DNA from: an uncultured Gammaproteobacteria bacterium
GTDB taxonomy: Bacteria > Patescibacteriota > Patescibacteriia > UBA10025 > JAHIVO01
NCBI GenBank assembly: GCA_964628855.1
Contig: CAZVMV010000006.1
Span: 4,539-68,538, forward strand
Length of the DNA: 64,000 bases
Direction: 5' to 3'
Part shown: in pieces, positions 8,234-18,118 of the stretch
Position numbering within the stretch: position 1 is the stretch's first letter
Layout of the letters: the number at the start of each line of letters is the position of its first letter
Notes under the pieces: model-generated
Told to the model about the DNA's origin: nothing
Database searches by the model: none
What the model saw: only the letters and a program-made list of their open reading frames with translations
Made by a program: the position numbers and the translations under genes

Positions 8234-11200
8234 GTGCCTGTTAACCAGTCCAGCCACCATGGCATGGCTGACTTTATCAAAGAGTCGACAGAACAGCTGC
8301 AGACCAAAAAAACCGTCAGCCTAGCCGGACTCCCGCATCTCGCGGCCCAAACCTACTACGTCACGATCCATCCCTTCATTTCCGAAAGGGTGATCTTGTG
8401 GTTGACGACTACGAATGAATCGACTTCGGTAGAAAAACTGATGGCCTACTGGCACAAAATATTCAAAATCAACGCGCCTGTTTGGAAAATGGAAGATATC
8501 AGCCCCCTGCGCGCGCAACGCCTGGCCGATCTCCAGCCACAGGTTGTCGTGACAAGTTTCCGGCAATTGAACGAGAAACTCCCCGCCCTCAACTCAAATG
8601 GTCAGCACCTGATGACTTTGTCAGTCGGGGACAACCTTACGCCGTCATCATTATCGCAAAAACTTATTGACTATAATTACGAATTCACCGGCCAAGCCAG
8701 CCAAAGCGGCTTTTTTGCCAGACGCGGCGGGGTCATGGATATTTACCCGATCAACCTGGACCGCCCGATCCGATTGGAATTCTCTGACCGGCAGATAATC
8801 AGTCTGCATGCTTTCAACCCCATCAACAAACGCATCGGCGAGGCGCTCAAGGAATGCCAAATAGTCGCCGTGAAATTCCGTCCCAACACTGGCCGGACGA
8901 CATTCTCGACTTATCTAGAAACAATCCAAAACCCACTCATCATCTACCATGACCGCGAAGAAGCGGCCGGAGAGCTGCCAAACTGGCGACAGATTGAAGA
9001 AAAACTGGCGCCCTACCAGCGCCTGGTTTTCCATGATTTCCATAAAAATTCCACGCATACGCATTTTGAACACGCTCCCCTGTACCGGCAAAATTTTAGC
9101 AAACTGGTAATTGATATGCAAGAAATGTCGAAAAAAAACTGGCAGATCGGGATCGCCACGAATCGCCCAAAAGAACTCCAACAGCTACTCAAAGAAAAAA
9201 AAGCCGGAGACCTGCCTGTCGCATGGTGGCCTTTTATCCATGAACTCGAGGGGTTTAAAAACGAACCGGCCAGATTGCTCCTGCTCACAGACAAGGAAAT
9301 TTTTGGGGCCCAAAACCTTAAACACGAATCCCCGCGCCACCGTGTCGACCAGGCATTCATCATGGGCATGCAGCCGGGTGATTATATCGTCCACCTGGAT
9401 CACGGCATCGGACGTTTTGTAGGTATGAATAAAAACATCGTTGAAAACATCACACGCGAATACTTTGTCCTGCAATACGCGGAGGGCGACAAACTCTATG
9501 TTCCCGTCGAAACAGCGGATAAAATCTCCAAATACATCGGTATTGCCCACCCCAAATTGCACAGGCTCTCGGGCGGACAATGGTACCAGCTCACCCGCAA
9601 GGTGAAACAGGAGGCAAAGATACTTGCCCAGGAGCTGCTTAAAATTTACGCTAAACGTGAATTGATCAAAATCAAGCCGTGTGAAAAAACAACGCCCGAA
9701 GAAGATGAACTGTCCAAATCATTCCCATACAAAGAAACTGAGGACCAAGCCAAAGCGATAAACGACGTCGAGTCTGACATGTGCCATGAAACGCCGATGG
9801 ACAGGCTCATCTGCGGAGACGTCGGTTTTGGTAAAACCGAGGTAGCAGTCAGGGCTGCATTCAAGGCTGTCATGAACAAAAAACAGGTGGCTTTGCTGTC
9901 ACCAACCACAATTTTGACCCAGCAGCACTTTGACACTTTTTCCGAACGTCTGAAAAAATTTCCGATCAAGATGGGCATCTTGTCGCGCTTCGAAACATCA
10001 AAAGAGCAGGCCCAGACGATTGCCGGGATGAAAAGCGGGATAATAGACATCGTCGTCGGTACGCACCGCCTGCTATCAAGTGATGTTAGTTTTAAAAACC
10101 TGGGCCTGATAATTATCGACGAGGAACAGCGTTTCGGAGTAAAGGCCAAAGAAAAACTTAAGGCTCTCCGTACCCAAGCCCACATCCTGACCCTGACTGC
10201 GACACCGATTCCGAGAACTCTCAATATCGCCCTTTCCGGCGTACGTGACGTAAGCATTATCGAAACTCCGCCGGAGGGCAGGCTCCCCATTAACACACTC
10301 ATCGAAGCATATTCGCCTGAACTGGTTACCAAAGCAATTTCCGAAGAACTGAAAAGGGGCGGCCAGGTATACTATCTCCATAACAAAGTTGAAACGATCG
10401 CCTTCGCCGCCAAAGAAATTAGCCAAATGGTGCCTGGCAGCCGGACCGGCATTGCCCATGGCCGCTTGCCGGAAAAAGACCTGGCCAAGGCCATGGCCGA
10501 CTTCGATACCGGCAAAACTAACATCCTGGTCTGTTCCACCATCATAGAAAATGGCCTGGATTTGCCAAACGTAAACACGCTTATTGTTGATAATGCGACT
10601 AACTTCGGCCTAGCCCAATTGTATCAGTTGCGTGGCCGGATTGGCCGCGGCAGCCGCCAAGCCCATGCCTATTTCCTGTACCACCGGAAAAAACTGAAGG
10701 GTAATGCGAAAAAACGCCTCCAGGCTCTGATGGAAGCAAAAAAACTCGGCAGCGGTTTCCAACTTGCCCTCCGCGACCTGGAAATCCGCGGCGCCGGAAA
10801 TATTCTCGGCAAAGAACAACATGGAAAAGTATCAGCGATCGGGCTTTCACTCTACACGCGGTTGTTAGCCCAGGCGATAGAAGAACTTAAGTTCGGTAAA
10901 ATCCAGGAACCGGTCCGGGATATCCTGATCGACCTGCCGATGGAAGCGTACATCCCGCAGGAATTCCTGCCAGAAGAAGAACGGCTGATCCTTTACCAGC
11001 AATTAGCCGGAATCATGAACATGAATGAGCTCTCTGAAATGCGCGAGAAAATGATCCGTTCCCGTTCCCGTGAGGAACAACGGCATTTCCCTAAGCAGTT
11101 ACTGAACCTTTTTGAAATTCTGGAAATACGAATCCTCGGTCAAACCACCGACATCTCTCATATCGACACAACTTGGACGACGGATCAGTACGGCCATAAA

Positions 11201-11395
11201 ATACAGAAACTGATAATCAAGTTTTTATTTCCTCTCAAGCCTGAGCCATTGGCCAAACTACTCCAAAAAAATCCAAACTGGCAATTTACAGACGATTCCA
11301 TCAAAATCGATTTGGAAAAACTGGGCGACAAATGGCTCGACGAGCTCAAAAAAACCATCAGGAACTTCCAGCATACGCCAGTACAAAAAAAATAA
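8234..11395 (+). CDS. mfd: transcription-repair coupling factor
   Basis: 1053 aa. CarD-like RNAP-interaction domain (YIVHLDHGIGRF) and SF2 motifs GDVGFGKTEVA, DEEQRFGV, TATPIPRT and RGRIGRG. GTG start. Confidence 0.92.
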   Translation: MPVNQSSHHGMADFIKESTEQLQTKKTVSLAGLPHLAAQTYYVTIHPFISERVILWLTTTNESTSVEKLMAYWHKIFKINAPVWKMEDISPLRAQRLADLQPQVVVTSFRQLNEKLPALNSNGQHLMTLSVGDNLTPSSLSQKLIDYNYEFTGQASQSGFFARRGGVMDIYPINLDRPIRLEFSDRQIISLHAFNPINKRIGEALKECQIVAVKFRPNTGRTTFSTYLETIQNPLIIYHDREEAAGELPNWRQIEEKLAPYQRLVFHDFHKNSTHTHFEHAPLYRQNFSKLVIDMQEMSKKNWQIGIATNRPKELQQLLKEKKAGDLPVAWWPFIHELEGFKNEPARLLLLTDKEIFGAQNLKHESPRHRVDQAFIMGMQPGDYIVHLDHGIGRFVGMNKNIVENITREYFVLQYAEGDKLYVPVETADKISKYIGIAHPKLHRLSGGQWYQLTRKVKQEAKILAQELLKIYAKRELIKIKPCEKTTPEEDELSKSFPYKETEDQAKAINDVESDMCHETPMDRLICGDVGFGKTEVAVRAAFKAVMNKKQVALLSPTTILTQQHFDTFSERLKKFPIKMGILSRFETSKEQAQTIAGMKSGIIDIVVGTHRLLSSDVSFKNLGLIIIDEEQRFGVKAKEKLKALRTQAHILTLTATPIPRTLNIALSGVRDVSIIETPPEGRLPINTLIEAYSPELVTKAISEELKRGGQVYYLHNKVETIAFAAKEISQMVPGSRTGIAHGRLPEKDLAKAMADFDTGKTNILVCSTIIENGLDLPNVNTLIVDNATNFGLAQLYQLRGRIGRGSRQAHAYFLYHRKKLKGNAKKRLQALMEAKKLGSGFQLALRDLEIRGAGNILGKEQHGKVSAIGLSLYTRLLAQAIEELKFGKIQEPVRDILIDLPMEAYIPQEFLPEEERLILYQQLAGIMNMNELSEMREKMIRSRSREEQRHFPKQLLNLFEILEIRILGQTTDISHIDTTWTTDQYGHKIQKLIIKFLFPLKPEPLAKLLQKNPNWQFTDDSIKIDLEKLGDKWLDELKKTIRNFQHTPVQKK

Positions 11396-11420
11396 GGCGT
11401 CGGTTATATTGACCGGCGCC
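11385..11420 (-). terminator. rho-independent terminator for the small minus-strand ORF (T-run lies inside the mfd 3' end)
   Basis: On the minus strand GGCGCCGGT-CAATATA-ACCGACGCC is followed by TTATTTTTTTT. Confidence 0.6.
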
Positions 11421-11454
11421 TATGTAACCTGCTGGCAATTAGCCATGCCTGTAG

Positions 11455-11649
11455 TTAAGTTCCGGCGCATACCGATTTGCCAACTAACGGAGCTGGGGAC
11501 GTTCGTGCACGCTTCCAGCACCAGCGGAATGGCAAGCCGACAAATATGAACAAGGGCGGCATACAGACCACAACCAGCAACGCTGCCAAAAGTAAGGCGA
11601 TAAGGTACAGGAGCAAATAGACAGCGTACCCAAAAACTTCTCGTATCAT
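11455..11649 (-). CDS. small hydrophobic membrane protein (64 aa)
   Basis: AAGGAG + 7 nt + ATG. Product MIREVFGYAVYLLLYLIALLLAALLVVVCMPPLFIFVGLPF... has 1-2 TM helices and a basic tail. The gene has its own terminator. Confidence 0.5.
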   Translation of the reverse strand: MIREVFGYAVYLLLYLIALLLAALLVVVCMPPLFIFVGLPFRWCWKRARTSPAPLVGKSVCAGT

Positions 11650-11719
11650 CGCGCACTCCTTTACGTAAAGTACTCTTTAATATTCAAAATCTATCAGACA
11701 GGCACTGATTGTCAAGTAC

Positions 11720-11748
11720 TTGCCAAATCCGTACCTATACAATACAAT
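11720..11748 (+). promoter_or_regulatory. promoter TTGCCA-17-TACAAT upstream of dprA
   Basis: TTGCCA at 11720..11725, 17-nt spacer, TACAAT at 11743..11748. Confidence 0.5.
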
Positions 11749-11776
11749 AGCTACACAAGACCTTCCCCAAAAAATA

Positions 11777-12676
11777 ATGGTCTTATTTTTTTATGGAATA
11801 GATAATATGGACGGCTTATCAGTCATAAAAATCCATGACTCTGCATACCCCCGCCGACTCAAGGAAATCCATTCCCCTCCCAAACTACTATATATAAAGG
11901 GAGTGCTGCCAGTCTATACCAATCTGGCACTGGCTGTGGTCGGGACGAGAAAGACGTCCCCCTATGGCCGCGCCATCACACCAACACTAGTTGGCGCATT
12001 AGCTAGAGCCGGCGTACTGATTGTATCTGGCTTAGCGCTTGGCATTGACGCCTTGGCACATCAGGCAGCACTTGATGCCGGTGGACAAACGATTGCGGTT
12101 TTAGGTTGCGGACTTGATGCAGTATATCCCGTCGCCAACTGGCAGCTGGCAAATGAAATTGTCAGCCGGGGCGGGGCGCTAATTTCCGAATACCCACCGG
12201 GCACGCCTCCGCTCAAACAACACTTCCCTGCCCGTAACCGAATTATCTCAGGCCTATCGCGCGGCGTCCTGGTGATCGAGGGCAGCGAGGACTCGGGGTC
12301 CTTGATCACTGCAAAGTTTGCGGTAGACCAAAATCGTGACGTATTAGCCGTGCCGGGGAATATTATGTCAAAAACGTCAACCGGCCCAAATAATTTAATA
12401 AAAATGGGCGCCAAAGCCGTCACCTCGGCCGAAGACGTCTTGGCCGCCCTCGATCTGGAATTAGCTGGACAATATAGGGAAAATTCCACCATTATACCCA
12501 CATCACCGGACGAGGAATTGCTACTCAAATGCATCAACCATGAACCTGTTCACATTGACGAAATTATCCAAAAGAGTAAACTGAATACCAGTATCATCAA
12601 TTCCACGCTGACTATGATGGAAATGAAAGGATTTGTCCGACATCTGGGTGGGATGTATTACGTAAGAGCCAAATAA
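11777..12676 (+). CDS. dprA: DNA processing protein DprA
   Basis: Motifs GTRKTSPYG, GLALGIDALAHQAAL and FPARNRIISGLS, with a C-terminal winged helix. The start is ambiguous (ATG 11777 or 11807). The TTG at 11720 in the ORF track is the -35 box. Confidence 0.88.
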   Translation: MVLFFYGIDNMDGLSVIKIHDSAYPRRLKEIHSPPKLLYIKGVLPVYTNLALAVVGTRKTSPYGRAITPTLVGALARAGVLIVSGLALGIDALAHQAALDAGGQTIAVLGCGLDAVYPVANWQLANEIVSRGGALISEYPPGTPPLKQHFPARNRIISGLSRGVLVIEGSEDSGSLITAKFAVDQNRDVLAVPGNIMSKTSTGPNNLIKMGAKAVTSAEDVLAALDLELAGQYRENSTIIPTSPDEELLLKCINHEPVHIDEIIQKSKLNTSIINSTLTMMEMKGFVRHLGGMYYVRAK

Positions 12677-12706
12677 AAAATAATCTATTTGAACCGCTCA
12701 GTCACG

Positions 12707-12738
12707 GCTCTGAGCTTGCCTCAGAGCTGAAGTTTTTT
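12707..12738 (+). terminator. putative terminator after dprA
   Basis: GCTCTGAG-CTTGC-CTCAGAGC, then TGAAG-TTTTTT. Confidence 0.5.
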
Positions 12739-12746
12739 ACCAGATT

Positions 12747-15023
12747 ATGGCAAAAAAAGAACTCATTATCGTCGAGTCGCCAACCAAAGCAAAAACTATC
12801 TCCCGCTTCCTCGGGAGCAAGTTTCATGTTGAGGCGTCTTTCGGACATATCCGGGACCTTCCGCGTTCAAAAATCGGGGTTGATACGGAACATGATTTCC
12901 AGCCGCAATATATCATCCCCCGGGACAAACAAAAGACCCTAACCAGACTGCGCAAACTCGCACTCGGTTCACCAACCATCTACTTTGCGACTGACGAAGA
13001 CCGCGAAGGTGAAGCGATCTCCTGGCACCTCCTGGAATCATTCAAAACTGACAAAAAAAACGTGAAAGAGCCAGTCGATCCGACAGTGATAGACGCTAAA
13101 TCAAAACGGATCGTATTCCATGAAATCACCGAAACAGCAATAAATGAGGCGCTAAAAAATCCGCGCCAGCTGGATATGCACTTGGTTGACGCACAACAAG
13201 CACGTCGCATTCTGGATAGGCTGGTCGGTTATGAACTGTCGCCTTTCCTATGGAAAAAAGTAGCTAAGGGCCTTTCTGCCGGACGGGTGCAGTCTGTCGC
13301 GCTGCGACTGATTGTCGAGCGGCAACGTGAAATTGACGCTTTCAAACCTGAAGAATACTGGACTATTGAGGCTGTTTTCACCAAACAAAAAGACGAAACA
13401 CTGGACATTAAAGCAAAATTATTCAAAGAAAACGGAAAATCACTGGAAAAATTCGCCATAAAAAACGATAAAGAAGCTCACGCGTTACTGAAAAAACTCC
13501 AAGACGCAAAATACTCAGTTGCTGATGTGCAAGCGAAGGAGTCGAAAAAAAATCCCCCATCTCCTTTTACCACATCCACACTGCAACAAGAAGCGAACCG
13601 GAGATTTGGATACTCGGCCAGGCAGACTATGATGCTAGCCCAACAGTTGTATGAGGGAGTCGACCTTGGCAACAACCGACGTGAAGGCTTGATCACCTAC
13701 ATGCGTACTGACTCACTCAACTTGTCGGATAAATTCCTGAATGAATCAAAAGAATACCTCATAAAATCTTTTGGCCAACAATATTCACTGCCCGAGCCGC
13801 GCAAATTCAAGGCCAAGTCAAAACTGGCCCAAGAAGCCCATGAAGCCATCCGGCCGACCGAAGTCATAAATACGCCAGAAGCTGTTCAAACGTTCCTGGA
13901 CCCAAAACAACTTAAATTGTACGAATTGATATGGCAGCGAGCTGTTGCCAGCCAAATGCCAGAAGCAGTGATGAATAATGTAACCATTGATATTAACGAG
14001 GATACCAACACGTATACTTTTCGCGCCACAGGCTCAACCATAAAATTCGACGGCTTCATGAAGGTATATAACCTTGTAAAGGAAAATGCTGTGCCGATAG
14101 TCGAGTCCGGTGAGCCACTTGATGCTAAAACCATCGAACCTCTCCAGCATTTTACCGAACCGCCGGCACAATATTCAGAAGCGGGCTTGGTCCACGCTCT
14201 CGAGGAACGAGATATCGGCCGTCCGTCTACTTATGCCCCGACAATAGCCACTCTAGTTGAACGGAATTATGTGAACAAGGACCAGGGGCGCCTGAAACCC
14301 ACCGAAATTGGTTTCCATGTCTGTGACGTATTGACCGAACATTTCCCAGTAATTATGGACTATAAATTTACCGCGCACATGGAGGATGACCTCGACTCCA
14401 TCGCCGGCGGGACCAAAGAATGGGTGCCGGTCATTAAAGAATTTTATGATCCATTCAAAGAAAACCTGATGAAAAAGCACGAGGAAGTAGCAAAATCTGA
14501 AATAACTTCCGATGTCGTCTGCGACAAATGCGGCAAACCGATGGTTATTAAAATGAGTCGGTTCGGCAAATTCTTAGCTTGTACGGGATATCCGGAATGC
14601 CGGAATACTAAGCCCATCGACCAGAATGGGGCAGTCATGGAGCATCCGCCAGAGCACCAGACAGACGAGAAATGCGACAAATGCGGCTCGCCGATGGTCC
14701 TGAAGCATGGCCGCTTCGGCCCTTTCTTTGCCTGTTCTGCATACCCGAAATGCAAGAATATCAAAAACATCCAGCAGAAAACCGGCGTCACCTGCCCACA
14801 ATGCAATCAGGGCGACATTATCGCTAAACGGTCAAAACGCGGCAAGACATTCTATTCATGCAATCGGTATCCTGATTGCAAATTCGCCCTCTGGTCCAAG
14901 CCAACTGGCGAAAAATGTCCGACCTGCGGGTCGCTGCTAATATTCGCAGCTGGCGGCAAAGTGAGATGTTCAAACAAGGAGTGTAAATTTGAAAAACTAA
15001 ACGACAACCAAACCAATGCCTAA
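12747..15023 (+). CDS. topA: DNA topoisomerase I
   Basis: 758 aa. TOPRIM (LIIVESPTKAKTI), active-site Tyr region GLITYMRTDS, and four C-terminal C4 zinc ribbons. Confidence 0.95.
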   Translation: MAKKELIIVESPTKAKTISRFLGSKFHVEASFGHIRDLPRSKIGVDTEHDFQPQYIIPRDKQKTLTRLRKLALGSPTIYFATDEDREGEAISWHLLESFKTDKKNVKEPVDPTVIDAKSKRIVFHEITETAINEALKNPRQLDMHLVDAQQARRILDRLVGYELSPFLWKKVAKGLSAGRVQSVALRLIVERQREIDAFKPEEYWTIEAVFTKQKDETLDIKAKLFKENGKSLEKFAIKNDKEAHALLKKLQDAKYSVADVQAKESKKNPPSPFTTSTLQQEANRRFGYSARQTMMLAQQLYEGVDLGNNRREGLITYMRTDSLNLSDKFLNESKEYLIKSFGQQYSLPEPRKFKAKSKLAQEAHEAIRPTEVINTPEAVQTFLDPKQLKLYELIWQRAVASQMPEAVMNNVTIDINEDTNTYTFRATGSTIKFDGFMKVYNLVKENAVPIVESGEPLDAKTIEPLQHFTEPPAQYSEAGLVHALEERDIGRPSTYAPTIATLVERNYVNKDQGRLKPTEIGFHVCDVLTEHFPVIMDYKFTAHMEDDLDSIAGGTKEWVPVIKEFYDPFKENLMKKHEEVAKSEITSDVVCDKCGKPMVIKMSRFGKFLACTGYPECRNTKPIDQNGAVMEHPPEHQTDEKCDKCGSPMVLKHGRFGPFFACSAYPKCKNIKNIQQKTGVTCPQCNQGDIIAKRSKRGKTFYSCNRYPDCKFALWSKPTGEKCPTCGSLLIFAAGGKVRCSNKECKFEKLNDNQTNA

Positions 15024-15963
15024 TATTCTCGTGACCGGTGCAGCCGGACAGGTCGGTTCAGCCTTGGTGCCGGCATTGCAAAAAAAATTCGGCCCAGACA
15101 ATATCATAGCTGGCATAATGAAAACTGCACCTCAAAGCAACCAAGTCATGACAGAACGAGTAGATACTACGGACAAGGAGTCTGTACGGACAATTATCAA
15201 GAAACACAATATAAGCATCATTTACCATCTGGCTGGTATGCTTTCGGCCGCCAGCGAGAAGGATCCCGAACGCTCATGGCAGGTAAATTTCGTTGGCCTG
15301 AAAAACGTTCTGGAATTGGCCCGCGACCTGAAATTGGAAAAAATTTTCTGGCCAAGCTCAATCGCTGCTTTCGGACCGAATACCCCGAAACAGCAAACAC
15401 CCCAGTCCACCATCCTCGAGCCCACTACTATGTACGGCGTGGCAAAAGTGGCCGGTGAACTGCTCTGTAACTATTTCCACCACCGGTACCAACTGGACGT
15501 TAGAAGTTTGCGTTACCCGGGTTTAATCAGCCATGCAGCTCCGCCATCAGACGGGACGACAGAATATTCAATCTCGATGTTTTATGCTGCCTTACAGCAT
15601 CAGGCATTTAGCTGTTTCTTGAAACAGGATACCGCCCTTCCAATGATGTATATGGACGACGCAATCAAGGCGACGATTGATCTAATGGAAGCCGATTCGA
15701 ATAAATTAACAATCCGCACCAGCTACAATGTCACGGCATTCAGCTTTACGCCTGCTGAACTAGCGGAACTAATAAAAAAAGAGGCGCCGGACTTCCAAAT
15801 TTCCTACCAGCCGGACTTCCACCAGGCAATCGCCGATTCTTGGCCAAAAAGTATTGACGACTCACAAGCCCGGAAAGACTGGGGATGGCGACCGGCATTT
15901 GACCTGAATCAAATGACCGAGGACATGTTTGCCAACTTGAAAAAAAAGCTACGAGATAAATAA
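15016..15963 (+). CDS. NAD-dependent epimerase/dehydratase family protein, L-threonine 3-dehydrogenase-like
   Basis: 315 aa extended SDR with TGAAGQVGS and YGVAKVAGE (YxxxK). RYPGLIS resembles the TDH subgroup. It overlaps the topA stop by 8 nt. Confidence 0.7.
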   Translation: MPNILVTGAAGQVGSALVPALQKKFGPDNIIAGIMKTAPQSNQVMTERVDTTDKESVRTIIKKHNISIIYHLAGMLSAASEKDPERSWQVNFVGLKNVLELARDLKLEKIFWPSSIAAFGPNTPKQQTPQSTILEPTTMYGVAKVAGELLCNYFHHRYQLDVRSLRYPGLISHAAPPSDGTTEYSISMFYAALQHQAFSCFLKQDTALPMMYMDDAIKATIDLMEADSNKLTIRTSYNVTAFSFTPAELAELIKKEAPDFQISYQPDFHQAIADSWPKSIDDSQARKDWGWRPAFDLNQMTEDMFANLKKKLRDK

Positions 15964-16002
15964 TTTCAATAAAAAACAGGGGTAACCCGTTTTAAAAATT
16001 GT

Positions 16003-18117
16003 TTACTCTTTGTCCGGATTTGTAGTTTTATTGAGGCTAGAAAGCAATTGTTCGATGGTCGTATCCCCCGGCTTGATCCGCAGAGCCTCCTCCAAGGATG
16101 CCTTGGCTCCAGCCAGGTCACCCTGGGCTTGCAGTGCAAAGGCAATATTCACATCAGCCAGATAATTACTTGGCTGCAGGGATTTAGATTTCCTAAAATA
16201 GTTAATCGCCTCAACTAAGTCTAATGTTGACTGTTTTTTTATGCCCTCCTCAGATGATTGGGCGCCTGCCTGCGCCTGAACCAATATCGCTCGGCCGATA
16301 TTTAAAAATGCCTGGGGGTTCGTAGGTTCCAATTCCGACTGCTTCTTGTACGCTTCTTCGGCCAGCGGGTCTGCATTACTTATTAAATTACGCATTGAAT
16401 CATATAATAACGCGGTCTGTTCATATACAATCGCATTTTCAGGATCGGCAACTCGCGCCTGCTTTAATGCATCGACCGTTTTCTGAACATATCCCTGGAT
16501 AATGACTGGATCCGGAGTTGTCCGTGAAGCCTCTAATTGGGCTGCAGTCGCATAACCCTGCGCTAGGGTCATGACGTAACCGGCCTCATGAGAATTTAAC
16601 TTTACGGCATCTTGCAACAAGTTCTCTATACTTTTTAATGGAGCTTGGGTATTTATTAATTCATTAGCGCGATAAGATTTATAATCCGCCAGCCAAAACC
16701 TTACTCCCGCATAGCCAGAGACGCCTACCAGCACTAAAATTGATGAAATACATAACAGCATCACGAACCAGGTAAATTGGAATGGCCTGAAGACCTTTAC
16801 CTTTTCTATGAAAGATGACGGACTCAGGAAGCGAAAATTAATGCCCAACCATAGCCACCATAAGAAATAAAGAATAAAATTGAACGGAGTCATGAAAAAT
16901 ACCGCCAATAACGCCAAAAAAAATACAAGCACGCCCAAAGACCATGACCATTGGGAATTTCCTGATTTCCAGTCATTTAAAAATTTTATTATTGCCTTGA
17001 TGACAAGCCAGCCCATAAGGGCCAACTGGAGCAGAACGAATATGGTACCAATTTGGGTTAATTGGCCCCACCATTCGCTGCCAGACTTATTAAAACGGAC
17101 CGACGCGTTCGAAGTTTGGTTGAAGCTGGCCGGTCGCCATCGTTGGAAATCATAAGCAAAAGTCTGTGGTCCAGTCCCCAGCACCAATGATTGCTTGATG
17201 CTCCTATAGGCAATACTCATTGAAGTGCGCTGGTCAAGAGTCAAGGTGGTGCTGGACGAAGCATGAGTTAATTGCGGAAAATTAATAGCCATTCCGGTCG
17301 CCAGCGCTATACATGCAACTAATGGAACGAGCGCTTCCCACTTATTGAACGATTTTATTCTTGCCAGACCTGCCGCGGAAAATAAGGCCAGACCTGCTAA
17401 CCCAATAAAAATTACCATGGTCTTGCCAGAAGCCATAATATACAAAATTTGCACGGTTAAACAAAAAATCCACCATAATTTTCTATACAGACCTTTGCTC
17501 TGCCAGAACAAAATAAGGGTTACAAAAATTACAAGTGTTGCGACAATCGATGCTGTAATAGAGGATGAAGCGAAAATATTAAATCTGATATCCTGCGCCA
17601 TTCCCCACGGTAAAAGATACAATCCATAATTCTGTAAAACGCTAACACCCAAGCCAAAAGTTACCACGACGCTCAAAGACCCGGCTAACCAACGCCAATC
17701 TTGAATGTCCCGGGTTGTCCCGATTAACAGGAAAAAAAACAGTATATAGCAAAATGCAGTGACGGCATTCCCACTGTAAGATCCGCCCGACCCAAAAATA
17801 CTTGAGAAAAAATTCTTAGATAATATTGTGCTTATTAAGATACAAACATATGACGCGATTACTAACCATATTGACCTATGGTAATAAAGCCTGAGTTCCC
17901 TTTTCTGCACCCAATAGTAGAGACAAAAAAATGAGGCGATTAATACAGTAACCGTAAATAATATCGTTTTATTCATTTCCTGTGGAAAGTTGCCTGCGGG
18001 AATAAAAAAAGCCGGCATAAGTAAAACCAGCCCGCGAATGATCCAACGCACTATACTTGACCCGAATTGGGCATCATTAGAAAAAAACCATCGTCTGGCA
18101 GTATCTATCAAAAACAT
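16003..18117 (-). CDS. O-antigen ligase (Wzy_C)-like polytopic membrane protein with C-terminal TPR repeats
   Basis: 704 aa. About 12 hydrophobic helices are followed by a ~230-aa TPR-like soluble tail. Confidence 0.65.
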   Translation of the reverse strand: MFLIDTARRWFFSNDAQFGSSIVRWIIRGLVLLMPAFFIPAGNFPQEMNKTILFTVTVLIASFFCLYYWVQKRELRLYYHRSIWLVIASYVCILISTILSKNFFSSIFGSGGSYSGNAVTAFCYILFFFLLIGTTRDIQDWRWLAGSLSVVVTFGLGVSVLQNYGLYLLPWGMAQDIRFNIFASSSITASIVATLVIFVTLILFWQSKGLYRKLWWIFCLTVQILYIMASGKTMVIFIGLAGLALFSAAGLARIKSFNKWEALVPLVACIALATGMAINFPQLTHASSSTTLTLDQRTSMSIAYRSIKQSLVLGTGPQTFAYDFQRWRPASFNQTSNASVRFNKSGSEWWGQLTQIGTIFVLLQLALMGWLVIKAIIKFLNDWKSGNSQWSWSLGVLVFFLALLAVFFMTPFNFILYFLWWLWLGINFRFLSPSSFIEKVKVFRPFQFTWFVMLLCISSILVLVGVSGYAGVRFWLADYKSYRANELINTQAPLKSIENLLQDAVKLNSHEAGYVMTLAQGYATAAQLEASRTTPDPVIIQGYVQKTVDALKQARVADPENAIVYEQTALLYDSMRNLISNADPLAEEAYKKQSELEPTNPQAFLNIGRAILVQAQAGAQSSEEGIKKQSTLDLVEAINYFRKSKSLQPSNYLADVNIAFALQAQGDLAGAKASLEEALRIKPGDTTIEQLLSSLNKTTNPDKE

Positions 18118-18118
18118 G

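Noticed and set aside
9646-10332. Long antisense shadow ORFs: 9646..10332, 40565..41248, 44615..45196, 61572..62213, 12061..12537, 7300..7854 and 4855..5304.
   Set aside because: Each lies fully inside and opposite to a gene with unmistakable family motifs. None has promoter/RBS signals or a recognisable product. This is typical stop-poor antisense frames of relatively GC-rich genes.
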